Positions 28,352-37,736 of a stretch of 61,271 bases of DNA are shown here, piece after piece. The stretch is from Chthoniobacteraceae bacterium. GTDB lineage: Bacteria; Verrucomicrobiota; Verrucomicrobiia; Chthoniobacterales; Chthoniobacteraceae. The notes under the pieces are model-generated. The model saw only the letters and a program-made list of their open reading frames with translations. It made no database searches and was not told the origin of the DNA. The stretch's first letter is position 1. Each line of letters opens with the position of its first letter. A program made the position numbers and the translations under genes. The stretch lies in NCBI GenBank assembly GCA_031409655.1, contig JANNXQ010000131.1, positions 1-61,271 on the forward strand, in the 5' to 3' direction.

Positions 28352-29506
28352 ATGTCTGATTCCGTCGCCGATCGCCTTCTCGAAAAACTCCGCACTGCTC
28401 TCGAGGCGGACACCTTCGTGAAGCTCACCCTCAGCGAGCCACGCGGCGAAGGGGCGCGCAATGTCTATGCGCGCGGCGTCGAGGTGCGGGAAGGGCGGCG
28501 CGTCTCCCTGGTCTGGCGGCACGCGACGCGCGACGTGACGAAAACGCTGCCTCGCGACGAAGCCGTGATGACGATCGCCGAACTCCTCGCTACGGAGTTT
28601 TCCCGCGCCCATCTTTTCACAACCGCTGGCGACTGGCGGCTCGATACCGTCCGCGCGATTTTGAAGGCGAGCCGTCCTGCGTTTTCCGTCGCGCCAGATC
28701 CGGAGCACGATCGGCGCAAGGTGAAAGCGCTCACGGCCGCGCCCTTCCTCGTGGCCCTCGGGGTGGCGGACGTGGCGGGCGTGGCGCGACCTGGGATGGG
28801 CGACAAGCTGCGTCAGATCGAGCGTTTCACCGAACTCCTCGGGCATCTGCTCGCCGATTCCCCGCTGCGGGATCGGACCCCGCTGCGGGTGCTGGATCTC
28901 GGCGCTGGAAAAGGCTACCTCACCTTCGCGGCCCACGAGTTTTTCCGTGCCCGCGGCGTGGCGGTCGAAGTCACCGGCGTCGAAGTGCGCGACGATCTCG
29001 TGCAACTGACGAATCGTGTCGCCCGCGAGTTGAATTGCGCCGGCCTCGGATTCGTGCGCGGCGCCATCGGTGAATTTTCCCCACTCGCTCCGCCCGATGT
29101 CCTCATCGCGCTCCACGCTTGCGATACCGCCACCGACGACGCGATGCACCTCGGCATCAAGTCCGCCGCCGAGCTGATCCTCGCCGCGCCGTGCTGTCAT
29201 AAGGAGATCCGAGCGCAACTCACACCGCCGCCCGTGCTCGCCGATGTCCTCCGCCACGGCATCCTCGCCGAACGCGAAGCGGAACTCGTGACCGACGGCG
29301 TGCGCGCCCTGCTGCTCGAGATGCACGGCTACAAAGCGAGCGTCTTCGAATTCATCGCGCCCGAGCACACCGGGAAGAACCTCATGATCGCCGCGCAGCG
29401 CCGCGCCCGTCCGCTCGATCCCGAGCCACTCCGCGCGCGACTCCGCGACTTGCTCGCCTTTTACGGCATCCGCGAACAACGCCTGGCCAGGCTCCTCGGC
29501 GAATGA
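28352..29506 (+). CDS. SAM-dependent methyltransferase (Methyltransf_32-like)
   Basis: VLDLGAGKGYLTF, IALHACDTATD, APCCH. Confidence 0.9.
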   Translation: MSDSVADRLLEKLRTALEADTFVKLTLSEPRGEGARNVYARGVEVREGRRVSLVWRHATRDVTKTLPRDEAVMTIAELLATEFSRAHLFTTAGDWRLDTVRAILKASRPAFSVAPDPEHDRRKVKALTAAPFLVALGVADVAGVARPGMGDKLRQIERFTELLGHLLADSPLRDRTPLRVLDLGAGKGYLTFAAHEFFRARGVAVEVTGVEVRDDLVQLTNRVARELNCAGLGFVRGAIGEFSPLAPPDVLIALHACDTATDDAMHLGIKSAAELILAAPCCHKEIRAQLTPPPVLADVLRHGILAEREAELVTDGVRALLLEMHGYKASVFEFIAPEHTGKNLMIAAQRRARPLDPEPLRARLRDLLAFYGIREQRLARLLGE

Positions 29507-30474
29507 TCAAACACTGGACACCGCAAGAGCTCAGAGTGCTGCGCAAGCTGCGCGAGCGTTTCATTACCGGGACCGCCGGCGCGGCCGACTACTGGCGCAC
29601 CCCGGAGATGCTCGCGCTGTACGATTCCACCTTCGCCGAGCGCATCGGTTGGAAATGGGACGCCGTGCTGCGCGAACTCACCCTCCGTGGCTGGCGGCCA
29701 CGCAGTCGGCGCGTGCTCGACTGGGGCTGCGGCAGCGGCGTCGCCGGACGGCGCGTCATCGAGGCCTGGCCCGGCTTCACGGAATACGCCGTACACGATC
29801 GCTCCGGCTTCGCCGCGAGATACGCGACGGAGCGGATGCGCGCCGCCGCGCCGGATCTTAAACTGACCGTGAGCGAGGATGTGGATGGCGACACGCTGCT
29901 GCTGCTCAGCCACGTGCTTAGTGAGTTGAAGACCGCGGAGTTTGAGCGCGTCCTCGGGCTCGTGCGCCGGGCCGGGGAGGTGGTGTGGGTCGAGGCCGGC
30001 ACGCATGCCGAGAGCCGCCGACTCATCGAAGCTCGCGAACGAGTGCGGGCCGAGTTCGCCGTCGTCGCGCCCTGCACGCATCAGGAGCGGTGCGGCCTGC
30101 TCACCGGGAAAAATGACCGGCACTGGTGTCATCATTTCGCGAAAGTGCCGTCGGAAGTTTTTCAAGACGCGCGCTGGCAGGAGTTCGGCCGCGAGATGGG
30201 GATCGACCTCCGCAGCCTGCCCTACAGCTTCGTCGTGCTGGCGCGCGCCGCCGCCCCGATGGACCCCGGCTTTTCCCGCGTCATCGGCGAGGCCCGCGAA
30301 TTTAAGGGCTACGCCAAAGTGCTGAGCTGTGCGCGCGAAGGCGTCGCCGAATTCATGCTCCAAAAGCGCGACGCTCCCGAACTGCACAAAGCCGTTTTGA
30401 AAGGCGACGAGGCCCCGCTTTTCCGCTGGCAGATGGACGCCGGCAAGATCGGCGGCGGAGAAAAGCTTGCCTAG
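29503..30474 (+). CDS. Rsm22/METTL17-like methyltransferase-fold protein
   Basis: VLDWGCGSG, SHVLSEL, VEAGT, VVAPCTHQERC..., WCHH, YSFVVL, late LSC; ATGA overlap with the upstream gene. Confidence 0.85.
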   Translation: MIKHWTPQELRVLRKLRERFITGTAGAADYWRTPEMLALYDSTFAERIGWKWDAVLRELTLRGWRPRSRRVLDWGCGSGVAGRRVIEAWPGFTEYAVHDRSGFAARYATERMRAAAPDLKLTVSEDVDGDTLLLLSHVLSELKTAEFERVLGLVRRAGEVVWVEAGTHAESRRLIEARERVRAEFAVVAPCTHQERCGLLTGKNDRHWCHHFAKVPSEVFQDARWQEFGREMGIDLRSLPYSFVVLARAAAPMDPGFSRVIGEAREFKGYAKVLSCAREGVAEFMLQKRDAPELHKAVLKGDEAPLFRWQMDAGKIGGGEKLA

Positions 30475-30504
30475 CGCCGCGCCGCTGCGCCAGCCTCCGC
30501 TCCG

Positions 30505-30975
30505 ATGAAAACCCCAACCTTCCGCACCCTCATCGCCGCGGCAGCCGCTGCGATCATTACCCTGCAACCCATCCACACCATGGCCGAATCTGCATCCGAA
30601 AAAGGCGAAAAATTTCTCAAGGAAAACGGCACCAAGGAAGGCGTGAAGACCACCGCGAGCGGTCTCCAATACAAGATCGAAAAGGAAGGCGACGGCAAGA
30701 GCCCGAAGGCCTCCGACACCGTGCTCGTCCACTACAAAGGCACGCTGCTCGACGGCAAGGAATTCGACAGCTCCTACAAGCGCAACGAGCCCATCGAATT
30801 CCCGCTCAGCGGCGTGATCGCTGGCTGGACCGAAGGCCTGCAACTCCTGAAAGAAGGCGGCAAAGCCACGCTGTACATCCCCTCCAAGCTCGCCTACGGC
30901 TCCCGCGGCGCCGGCGGCCTCATCGGCCCCGACGAGACGCTCATCTTCGTCGTCGAGCTGCTGAAAGTTCGCTGA
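30505..30975 (+). CDS. FKBP-type peptidyl-prolyl cis-trans isomerase (Mip/FkpA-like)
   Basis: TASGLQY, VHYKGTLLDGKEFDSSY, VIAGWTEGL, IPSKLAYG, IGPDETLIFVVEL. Confidence 0.95.
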   Translation: MKTPTFRTLIAAAAAAIITLQPIHTMAESASEKGEKFLKENGTKEGVKTTASGLQYKIEKEGDGKSPKASDTVLVHYKGTLLDGKEFDSSYKRNEPIEFPLSGVIAGWTEGLQLLKEGGKATLYIPSKLAYGSRGAGGLIGPDETLIFVVELLKVR

Positions 30976-31008
30976 CCGCGCGACCTCTTTCCGCAAATCC
31001 CGAACTTC

Positions 31009-31042
31009 AAAATTCGCCGGGCTTCAGAGCCGGGCGAATTTT
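31009..31042 (+). terminator. Intrinsic terminator after FKBP
   Basis: AAAATTCGCCGGGCT-TCAG-AGCCGGGCGAATTTT hairpin. Confidence 0.7.
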
Positions 31043-31057
31043 GCGTTTAGGCCAATG

Positions 31058-31250
31058 ATCCTAAAAGCGGGATTGGGATTTTTAACGCAGAGACGCAAAG
31101 ACGCAGAGGACGCAGAGTGAGAGCGGAATCGAGACGGCGGATGAGTTCACCCGATGGGTGAGCGTCCCGGGAAGCGCGTTTGTTCCCTTCCTCTGCGATC
31201 TCTGCGCCTCCGCGTCTCTGCGTTTTAAATCCCATCGCCGGATTTAGGAT
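31058..31250. repeat. MITE-like long inverted repeat with CGCAGAG periodic core
   Basis: ATCCTAAA..GGGATTTTTAACGCAGAGACGCAAAGACGCAGAGGACGCAGAG / CTCTGCGATCTCTGCGCCTCCGCGTCTCTGCGTTTTAAATCCC..TTTAGGAT; arms about 60 bp. Confidence 0.8.
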
Positions 31251-31367
31251 AAAGGAAAAGGTGAGTCGTCGCCTTCTATCGGGTGGAGCAGCAGTAGGGT
31301 GTTACATGACGAGTCGTCGGCCATGACCAACGCTCTGTCCTCGGTCACCGTGCTCAAGACCATTGTT

Positions 31368-31547
31368 TCATTCCATGCCAAGCAGCCGCCGAATCTTCTC
31401 GCGGATGCCTGCTAGGTCTTGGCGGAGATGAAGCAGCGCGTGAATGATGATGCCGCGAGCTTCGACGGTGTAGAAAATCTCGTCGAGTTGCGCATGGATC
31501 CGGAGCAGGTCGTCTTCGGCTCCGCCCTTCCAGACGATCTCAGGCAT
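31368..31547 (-). pseudogene. ParE/RelE-type toxin with apparent in-frame central deletion (59 aa; not in ORF track)
   Basis: MPEIVWKGGAEDDLLRIHAQLDE|IFYTVEARGIIIHALLHLRQD...; ParE N-terminal (AEDDL) and C-terminal (IFY...I.A..H.RQD) motifs abut, middle missing. Confidence 0.7.
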
Positions 31548-31556
31548 CTGGCCGCT

Positions 31557-31760
31557 TCAAGAGGCGCGGTCGCGCAACTCCTCCCAGCACACGCCAGCTT
31601 GTGGCTCGGCTTCGTGCTCGGCCAGTCGGCGCCGGAGCAAATCGAGCAATGCAGGGTCTCCTTCCTTTTCGAGCGCGACTTGATTGAGGAGTTCCTCGGC
31701 CAGCAACTCCTTTTGCTCGGTCGGCAGCGCGAGTACTTCGGGGCGGCGTTCGACGACCGT
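31557..31760 (-). pseudogene. Addiction-module antitoxin (TIGR02574-like), start codon apparently mutated to ACG
   Basis: (T)VVERRPEVLALPTEQKELLAEELL...LLRRRLAEHEAEPQAGVCWEELRDRAS*; 9 nt upstream of the toxin ATG. Confidence 0.7.
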
Positions 31761-31938
31761 GACCGGAGCATAGCGATCGACCGGAAAAGCTCAAACGGTA
31801 ACCGCGAATGCATTAGCCTTGGTCTTTCCAGCGTTCGATCTCCGACTTCCACCTCGGCTAGCAGCCGCCGGTCGCCCACGGCCCTTCCGAGATCATCCGG
31901 AGGCACGTTCATTGCTCATCTTATGGAGCCTGAACTCC

Positions 31939-33429
31939 ATGGCTCCATCCACGTCCACCACTCCCGATGGTCCTGCCAGCGAGTCGGAATCCGTGCAATA
32001 CCTGCGCGGCAAAAAGAACGGTGCGACGGGCGATGGCTATCTCGATCCGCCCACGACTGGGGTCCCCGCCTGCTCTCTGGAGGAGTTGCAAAAGCTCTAC
32101 GAAACTCTCTCTCTCCAACACGCCGCCTCAAAGCGCGAGCGGGACGAACTCGCGCGCCAACTCGCCGCCATCCCGCGCTCGACGATCGACGCTGAGAAGA
32201 CGCTTCTCGCCATTCGCCAGGCGCGCGACACCCTCCTCGCCCGCAACCACGAGCTCATGGGCCAGCTCACCCGCACCGAGGATCAGCTTGCCGAACTCGG
32301 CAACGCCTCCGACGACCTCGTCCGAGCCCAGAGTGCCGCCTCCCAGGAAATCGCCAGCCTGCGCAAAGAGTGCGACGACCTCCGCCGCAAAGCGCTCGAT
32401 CTGACAGAACAAAAGTCCGAACTGCTCGAAGCCGAACGCACGCAAACGGCGGCGCTCGTGGACGCCGCGCGACAAGTCGCCGGACTGACGGAAGAACGCG
32501 ACGACGCCTTGACCCGCGCCGCCACGCTCGAGGCGCGCAACAACGCCGCGGGCGACACCGACGCGCTCCAGGCTGGGCTCTCCACGGCGAAGCGCCAGAT
32601 CGAACAACTCATCGCGGATCGCGAAGCACTGCGCACCCAGTTCGTCTCCGAACAAACCGCACTCCTCGCGCAAATCGCCGCGCTTCACGCCAAGGCGGGG
32701 CTCGTCGGGAGCGACGCCGAAGATTCCGAGAAATCCCCCAAGCCACTCGCCCTCAAGGACGCCAGTCTCGCCGCCCTGCAAAAACGTCTCACGACCCTCC
32801 GCGACGATCCGCAGAATCTGGAGTCGCTCGACATCGTGCATGACCAATTTCAAAACCTCGCGAAAAAAGGCCAGAGCGATGGCTCCGTCGCCACCGCGAA
32901 ACTCGCGACGACCGCGGCTGACCTGGCGCGCGCCCTGCGCAAGCAACCAAAGAAGATCGTCGCCTCGCTGGCCAGTTTCGATGAGGCGCTGGAGCTCATC
33001 ACCCGACTCGGCGCGGTGAAGGACCTTGCCCAACTCCCCGACCCCTCAGGCGCGCTCGTCTATTCCGTGGACGAGGATTTGGACAACTGTGAATGCGTCG
33101 CCATGGCTCTCGAAAAATTTGCCCTGCGGACAAAGTACGCGGTGAAACCCGAGGCGGCCCTCGCGGATCTCGCGGCGGGGCCATGCGATCTCGTCGTGCT
33201 CGATGTGGACCTGCCGGGCATGGATGGTTTCGCCCTGCACGCGCGCATCCGCGAGATCCCGCATCACACCGCGACTCCGATCATTTTCCTGAGCGGCATG
33301 ATGAGCGCGGAAGCGCGGATCGCCAAAATGCCCAGGGCGATGAATCGCTTCGTCGCCAAGCCCTACAATCTCAACGATCTCAGCCTAAAGGCGCTGAGCA
33401 TGATCGTGGAGTCGCGGCTCGCGTCCTAG
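31939..33429 (+). CDS. Coiled-coil protein with C-terminal response-regulator receiver domain
   Basis: Long heptad-rich region; VYSVDED, DLVVLDVDLPGMDG, PIIFLSG, FVAKPY; start uncertain. Confidence 0.85.
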   Translation: MAPSTSTTPDGPASESESVQYLRGKKNGATGDGYLDPPTTGVPACSLEELQKLYETLSLQHAASKRERDELARQLAAIPRSTIDAEKTLLAIRQARDTLLARNHELMGQLTRTEDQLAELGNASDDLVRAQSAASQEIASLRKECDDLRRKALDLTEQKSELLEAERTQTAALVDAARQVAGLTEERDDALTRAATLEARNNAAGDTDALQAGLSTAKRQIEQLIADREALRTQFVSEQTALLAQIAALHAKAGLVGSDAEDSEKSPKPLALKDASLAALQKRLTTLRDDPQNLESLDIVHDQFQNLAKKGQSDGSVATAKLATTAADLARALRKQPKKIVASLASFDEALELITRLGAVKDLAQLPDPSGALVYSVDEDLDNCECVAMALEKFALRTKYAVKPEAALADLAAGPCDLVVLDVDLPGMDGFALHARIREIPHHTATPIIFLSGMMSAEARIAKMPRAMNRFVAKPYNLNDLSLKALSMIVESRLAS

Positions 33430-34523
33430 CCGGCCCGCAGTTGCCCGCACCCCGCAGCCACATCGATCCCGCGCCGCTGCCGCACCGTGCTCGGAATCCC
33501 CGCGGCGCGCAGCACCCGCTGAAAGCCTGAAACCGTCGCGGCCTCTGCAGTCGCACCACTGAACCCAGCCGTTGGATTTAGCGGGATCAAATTCACGTGG
33601 CCGTGAATCCCTTCGAGCAGCTCCGCCAACTCCCGCGCGTGCCTCTCGGATTCGTTTCGCCCCGCGATCAGCGTCCATTCAAAGAAAATCTTCCGCGCGG
33701 CTTGCTCGGAATATTTCCGGCAGGCCGCCATCAATTCCGTCAGCGGCCAGCGGCGGCTCACGGGGACGAGCGCTGCGCGATCCGCCTCATTCGCCGCGTG
33801 CAGACTCACCGCGAGATTCCACGGGCGGCGCTCCTCCGCGAGCCGGAGGATACCCGGGACCACGCCCACCGTGCTGATCGTGATGTGCGCCGGACCAAGA
33901 TTGATTCCGCGCCGATCGGCGATGATCTCGAGCGCCGTCATCACCGCCTCGTAGTTGTGCAAAGGCTCGCCCATCCCCATGAGCACAAGATTCCGCAAGC
34001 CGGTCTCGCCATCCGCGCGCAATTCCCGCTGAGCATGCAGCACTTGCGCGACGATTTCCGCAGGCCGCAGATGCCGCACGAAACCCATCTGACCCGTGGC
34101 GCAAAAGACACAGCCCATCGCACAGCCCACCTGCGTGCTCACGCAAGCCGTGAAGCGTCGCGGGTAGCCCATCACCACCGTCTCGATCGATTGGCCGTCC
34201 TCAAGCTGGAGGAGATACTTTCGCGTGAAGCCGTCACTGCTCCGCACTTGGGAAAGAACGGAGGGTCCATCAAGACGAGAGGACGCGCCGGGATGTGCGG
34301 TGATCCAGCGTCGGAGCGGCGGCGGAAAGTAAGGGCAGTCGGCGAGGTTTTGCCGCGCGTCCCGATGCACCGCACGCCACAGCTTGCGTGCGTGGTCAGC
34401 GTGGATGCCATGGCTGCCCAGCATCTCCTCCATCGCTGCGTAGGTGAGATCGAGAAGCGCGCATGGACGACCTCCCGCCGGCTGCGGGATGTGCGATTCT
34501 TTCTCGGAGACGACGGCTTTCAT
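33426..34523 (-). CDS. rlmN: Radical SAM RNA methyltransferase RlmN
   Basis: IETV, CVSTQVGCAMGCVFCATG, MGMGEPLHN, ISTVG, LAVSLHA, VNLIP.N, AGCGQL. Confidence 0.93.
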   Translation of the reverse strand: MKAVVSEKESHIPQPAGGRPCALLDLTYAAMEEMLGSHGIHADHARKLWRAVHRDARQNLADCPYFPPPLRRWITAHPGASSRLDGPSVLSQVRSSDGFTRKYLLQLEDGQSIETVVMGYPRRFTACVSTQVGCAMGCVFCATGQMGFVRHLRPAEIVAQVLHAQRELRADGETGLRNLVLMGMGEPLHNYEAVMTALEIIADRRGINLGPAHITISTVGVVPGILRLAEERRPWNLAVSLHAANEADRAALVPVSRRWPLTELMAACRKYSEQAARKIFFEWTLIAGRNESERHARELAELLEGIHGHVNLIPLNPTAGFSGATAEAATVSGFQRVLRAAGIPSTVRQRRGIDVAAGCGQLRAG

Positions 34524-34661
34524 ACTCGGGCCGTGAACGTGCCGGGCCTCGGGGCCGCGGCAAGCGAAATGGCATCGCGCGACGCCGCGTGCTTCTGCAA
34601 TATCGCCCGTCGTGATGAAGCTCGGTTCATTCCCCATGCCCACTCCCCCGCCCCGCGTCGC

Positions 34662-35867
34662 ATGAAGATTGCCATCGTCGGTGCTGGGCCCGCGGGTTTG
34701 CGTGCGGCGGAGATTGCGGCGGCTGTCGGAGCGGAGGTCACGCTCTTCGATGCGAAGCCTTCGGTGGGGCGGAAGTTCCTCGTCGCCGGTCGCGGCGGCT
34801 TGAATCTCACGAAAGACGAGGCGCTCGACGTCTTCGTCACGCGCTACACTGGACCGTCCATGCCGCCGGATTTTTGGGCCGAATGCATCGCGGGCTTCGA
34901 CGTCGCCGCGCTGCGTGCCTGGGCGGCGGATCTTGAGATCGAAACCTTCGCCGCCTCCACGGGACGCGTCTATCCGCGCGATTTGAAGGCCGCGCCGCTG
35001 CTCGTGCGCTGGGTGCAGCGATTGCGCAAACTCGGCGTGCATTTTGCGCTGGATCACTGCCTCACCGCCCTCGACCCCGGCAAGCCGCTACGGCTCACCT
35101 TCCAGACGTCCGCTGCAGCGCGCACGATCGAAACCGACGCCGCGATCCTCGCGCTCGGCGGCGGCTCGTGGCCGGACACTGGCTCCGACGGATCGTGGCT
35201 CGAGATGCTGGCCACCCTCGGAGTCGCCATCTCACCACTCCAGGCCGCAAATTGCGGCTGGGAAGTCCCGTGGCCACCCGCGGTGCTCGCGGCCGCGGAA
35301 GGCCAGCCGCTGAAAAGTGTGGCCGTGCGGGCAGGTGCAAACGATGTGCGCGGGGAGTTGCTCATCACCCGCTACGGGCTTGAAGGCGGCGCCATCTACC
35401 AACTCGGCCCGGCCTTGCGAGGCATGGCGGTCCCGGAGATTTCCATCGACCTAAAGCCTGCCCACACCGCTGCCCAGCTCGCGGCGAAGATGGGTCCCGT
35501 GAAACGCAATTTCCTCACCGAGGCGCGCCGCCGCTGGCGCTTGAGCGACGCCGCCCACGCGCTGCTCGCCATGAGCGAGCCATTCGCTTCCATCGAAGCT
35601 CTCGCGCTCGCGGCCAAGAACGTCACCCTCCAGCTCACCCGCCCGCGCCCTCTGGCGGAAGCCATCTCCTCCGCGGGCGGCGTCCGCTGGAGCGAACTCG
35701 ATGACCACTTGATGCTCCGCAAAGTGCCCGGCGTTTTCATCGCCGGCGAAATGATCGACTGGGACGCACCGACGGGCGGCTACCTCATCCACGGCTGCCT
35801 CGCCACCAGCGCCCGCGCCACCACCGGCGCCCTCGAATGGCTGCGCCACCACCGTTCCCACCAATGA
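34662..35867 (+). CDS. HI0933/YhiN-family NAD(P)/FAD flavoprotein (TIGR03862-like)
   Basis: IVGAGPAG, GRKFLVAGRGGLNLT, TGRVYP, ALGGGSWP.TGSDG, AISSAGGV, AGEMIDWDAPTGGYL. Confidence 0.92.
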   Translation: MKIAIVGAGPAGLRAAEIAAAVGAEVTLFDAKPSVGRKFLVAGRGGLNLTKDEALDVFVTRYTGPSMPPDFWAECIAGFDVAALRAWAADLEIETFAASTGRVYPRDLKAAPLLVRWVQRLRKLGVHFALDHCLTALDPGKPLRLTFQTSAAARTIETDAAILALGGGSWPDTGSDGSWLEMLATLGVAISPLQAANCGWEVPWPPAVLAAAEGQPLKSVAVRAGANDVRGELLITRYGLEGGAIYQLGPALRGMAVPEISIDLKPAHTAAQLAAKMGPVKRNFLTEARRRWRLSDAAHALLAMSEPFASIEALALAAKNVTLQLTRPRPLAEAISSAGGVRWSELDDHLMLRKVPGVFIAGEMIDWDAPTGGYLIHGCLATSARATTGALEWLRHHRSHQ

Positions 35868-37736
35868 GCGAAACCACCGTCACCCTCGAACAGGCGCTGC
35901 GCATCGCCGACGAACACTTCCGCCATGGACGCCTTGCAGAAGCCGAGTCCGTGAGCCGCCAAGTGCTCGCGGCATTCCCGGAGCAAGCCGGTGCCTTGCA
36001 TCAACTCGCGATGATTGCCTGCCAGGCCGGAGCGAATGCGGTCGCGGAAGATTTCGCCCGACGCGCCATCGCCGCCCGTCCGGACGGTCCCTGGCACTTC
36101 AATACCCTCGGGCTCGTGCTCTATCGCCAAGGCCGCTGCGCGGAGGCCGTCGCGGCGTATCGTGCAGCGCTCCGACTCATGCCGGAGTTCGCGACGGCCT
36201 CCTTCAACCTCGCCAACGCCTTGCGTGGACTCGGCGCGCGGCAGGAGGCCCTGGCTGCCTACCGCGAGGCAATCCGGCTCCAGCCAACGGCCGCCGAAGC
36301 GCACAACAATCTCGGCGCGCTGCTCGGCGACCTCGGTGATCTTTCGGGCGCTATCGCGGCGTATCGGACCGCGATCCAACTCAATCCGAGTGACCCGCTC
36401 GCCCACAACAATCTCGGCCACACCCTGCTCATCACGGGCGACGGCAGCGGCGCCGTCGCCGCCTGCCAGGCAGCGCTGGCCCTCGATCCGCGGTTCGGCA
36501 ACGCGCACCTGAATCTCGGAAACGCGATGGCGCTCCAGGGAAAATTCGTCGAAGCCATCGAGTCCTATCGCGCGGCGATCGCCTGCGCCCCCACCCTGGC
36601 GGACGCGCATTGCAATCTCGGCAACGCCTTCAAGGATAGCGGTCTCGCGGGAGAGGCCATTCTGCACTACCGCGAGGCCCTGCGCCTCGCTCCGGAAAAC
36701 GCGATCCTGCACAGCAATTTCATCTACTCGCTGCAATTTGACGCTGCCTCAGAGCCTGCACTCCTAACCGCCGAACAGGCGGCCTGGAACGCACGCCATG
36801 CGCACTCACTGCATCCACAAATTCGCCCGCACGAAAACGACTGCACGCCGGACCGGCGTCTGAAGATCGGGTACGTCTCACCGGATTTTTGCGCGCACGC
36901 CGTCGCCTTTTTTCTCCTCCCGCTCCTTCGCGCCCACGATCGCACGGAGGTCGAAGTCCACGCCTACGCGAGCGTGCCCCGGCCGGATGAAATCACCGCT
37001 CGAATGCGCGCCGCGACCGATATCTGGCACGACGTTCTCGGAGTCGAGGCGGCGGAGTTGGCGGAAATAATCCGCGCCGATCGCATCGATCTCCTCATCG
37101 ACCTCTCGATGCATTCCGCTTTCAACCGACTTTCCACCTTCGCTCTCAAACCCGCTCCCGTACAGGTTTCCTGGCTTGCGTATCCAGGCCGGACCGGCCT
37201 CGAGACGATCGACTGGCGCGTGACCGATGCAAATTTGGAGCCCGCATCCGCGGACGACGACACTGGTCCCGAAGCCCCGATCCGTCTCGCCGACATCTGT
37301 TGCTGCTACGATCCGCGCGATAGCTTCCCACCCGTCAGCGCGCCTGGAACTCCTCGCTCCGCTGGCTTGGGAGGAATACGTCCAGTTTGGCGAACGCGTC
37401 GATCTGTGCCTCGATCCGTTTCCCTGCAATGGGATGACCACCACCTGCCACGCGTTTTGGATGGGCCTCCCGGTGGTCAGTCTCGTGGGCCCGCTTCCCG
37501 CCTCGCGCTCCGGGCTGACCTTGCTCTCGACGATCGGCCTCCCGGAACTCGTCGCCCACAGCGCAGAGGAATACATCCGCATCGCCGCAGCGCTGGCGGG
37601 CGATCTCCCGCGGCTCGCCGATCTGCGGGCCACGCTCAGACAGCGGATGCAATCATCGCCGCTGATGGATGCGCCGGGTTTCGCCCGCAAGATCGAGGCG
37701 GCCTATCGGACAATGTGGAAGCGCTGGTGCGGCTAG
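35864..37736 (+). pseudogene. TPR + GT41 (SPINDLY/OGT-like) protein glycosyltransferase with internal deletion and frameshift at about 37340
   Basis: Multiple TPRs (AHNNLG), RLKIGYVSPDF..HAV, IDLLIDLSMHS, KPAPVQVSWLAYP; C-terminal DLCLDPFPCNGMTTTC.A.WMGLPVVSL in another frame; FGSxN/K segment absent. Confidence 0.85.

Noticed and set aside
31412..32195. ORF-track calls 31412-31912, 31419-32195 and 31540-31794
   Set aside because: Wrong frames or strand; the recognisable antitoxin and toxin peptides lie in other frames
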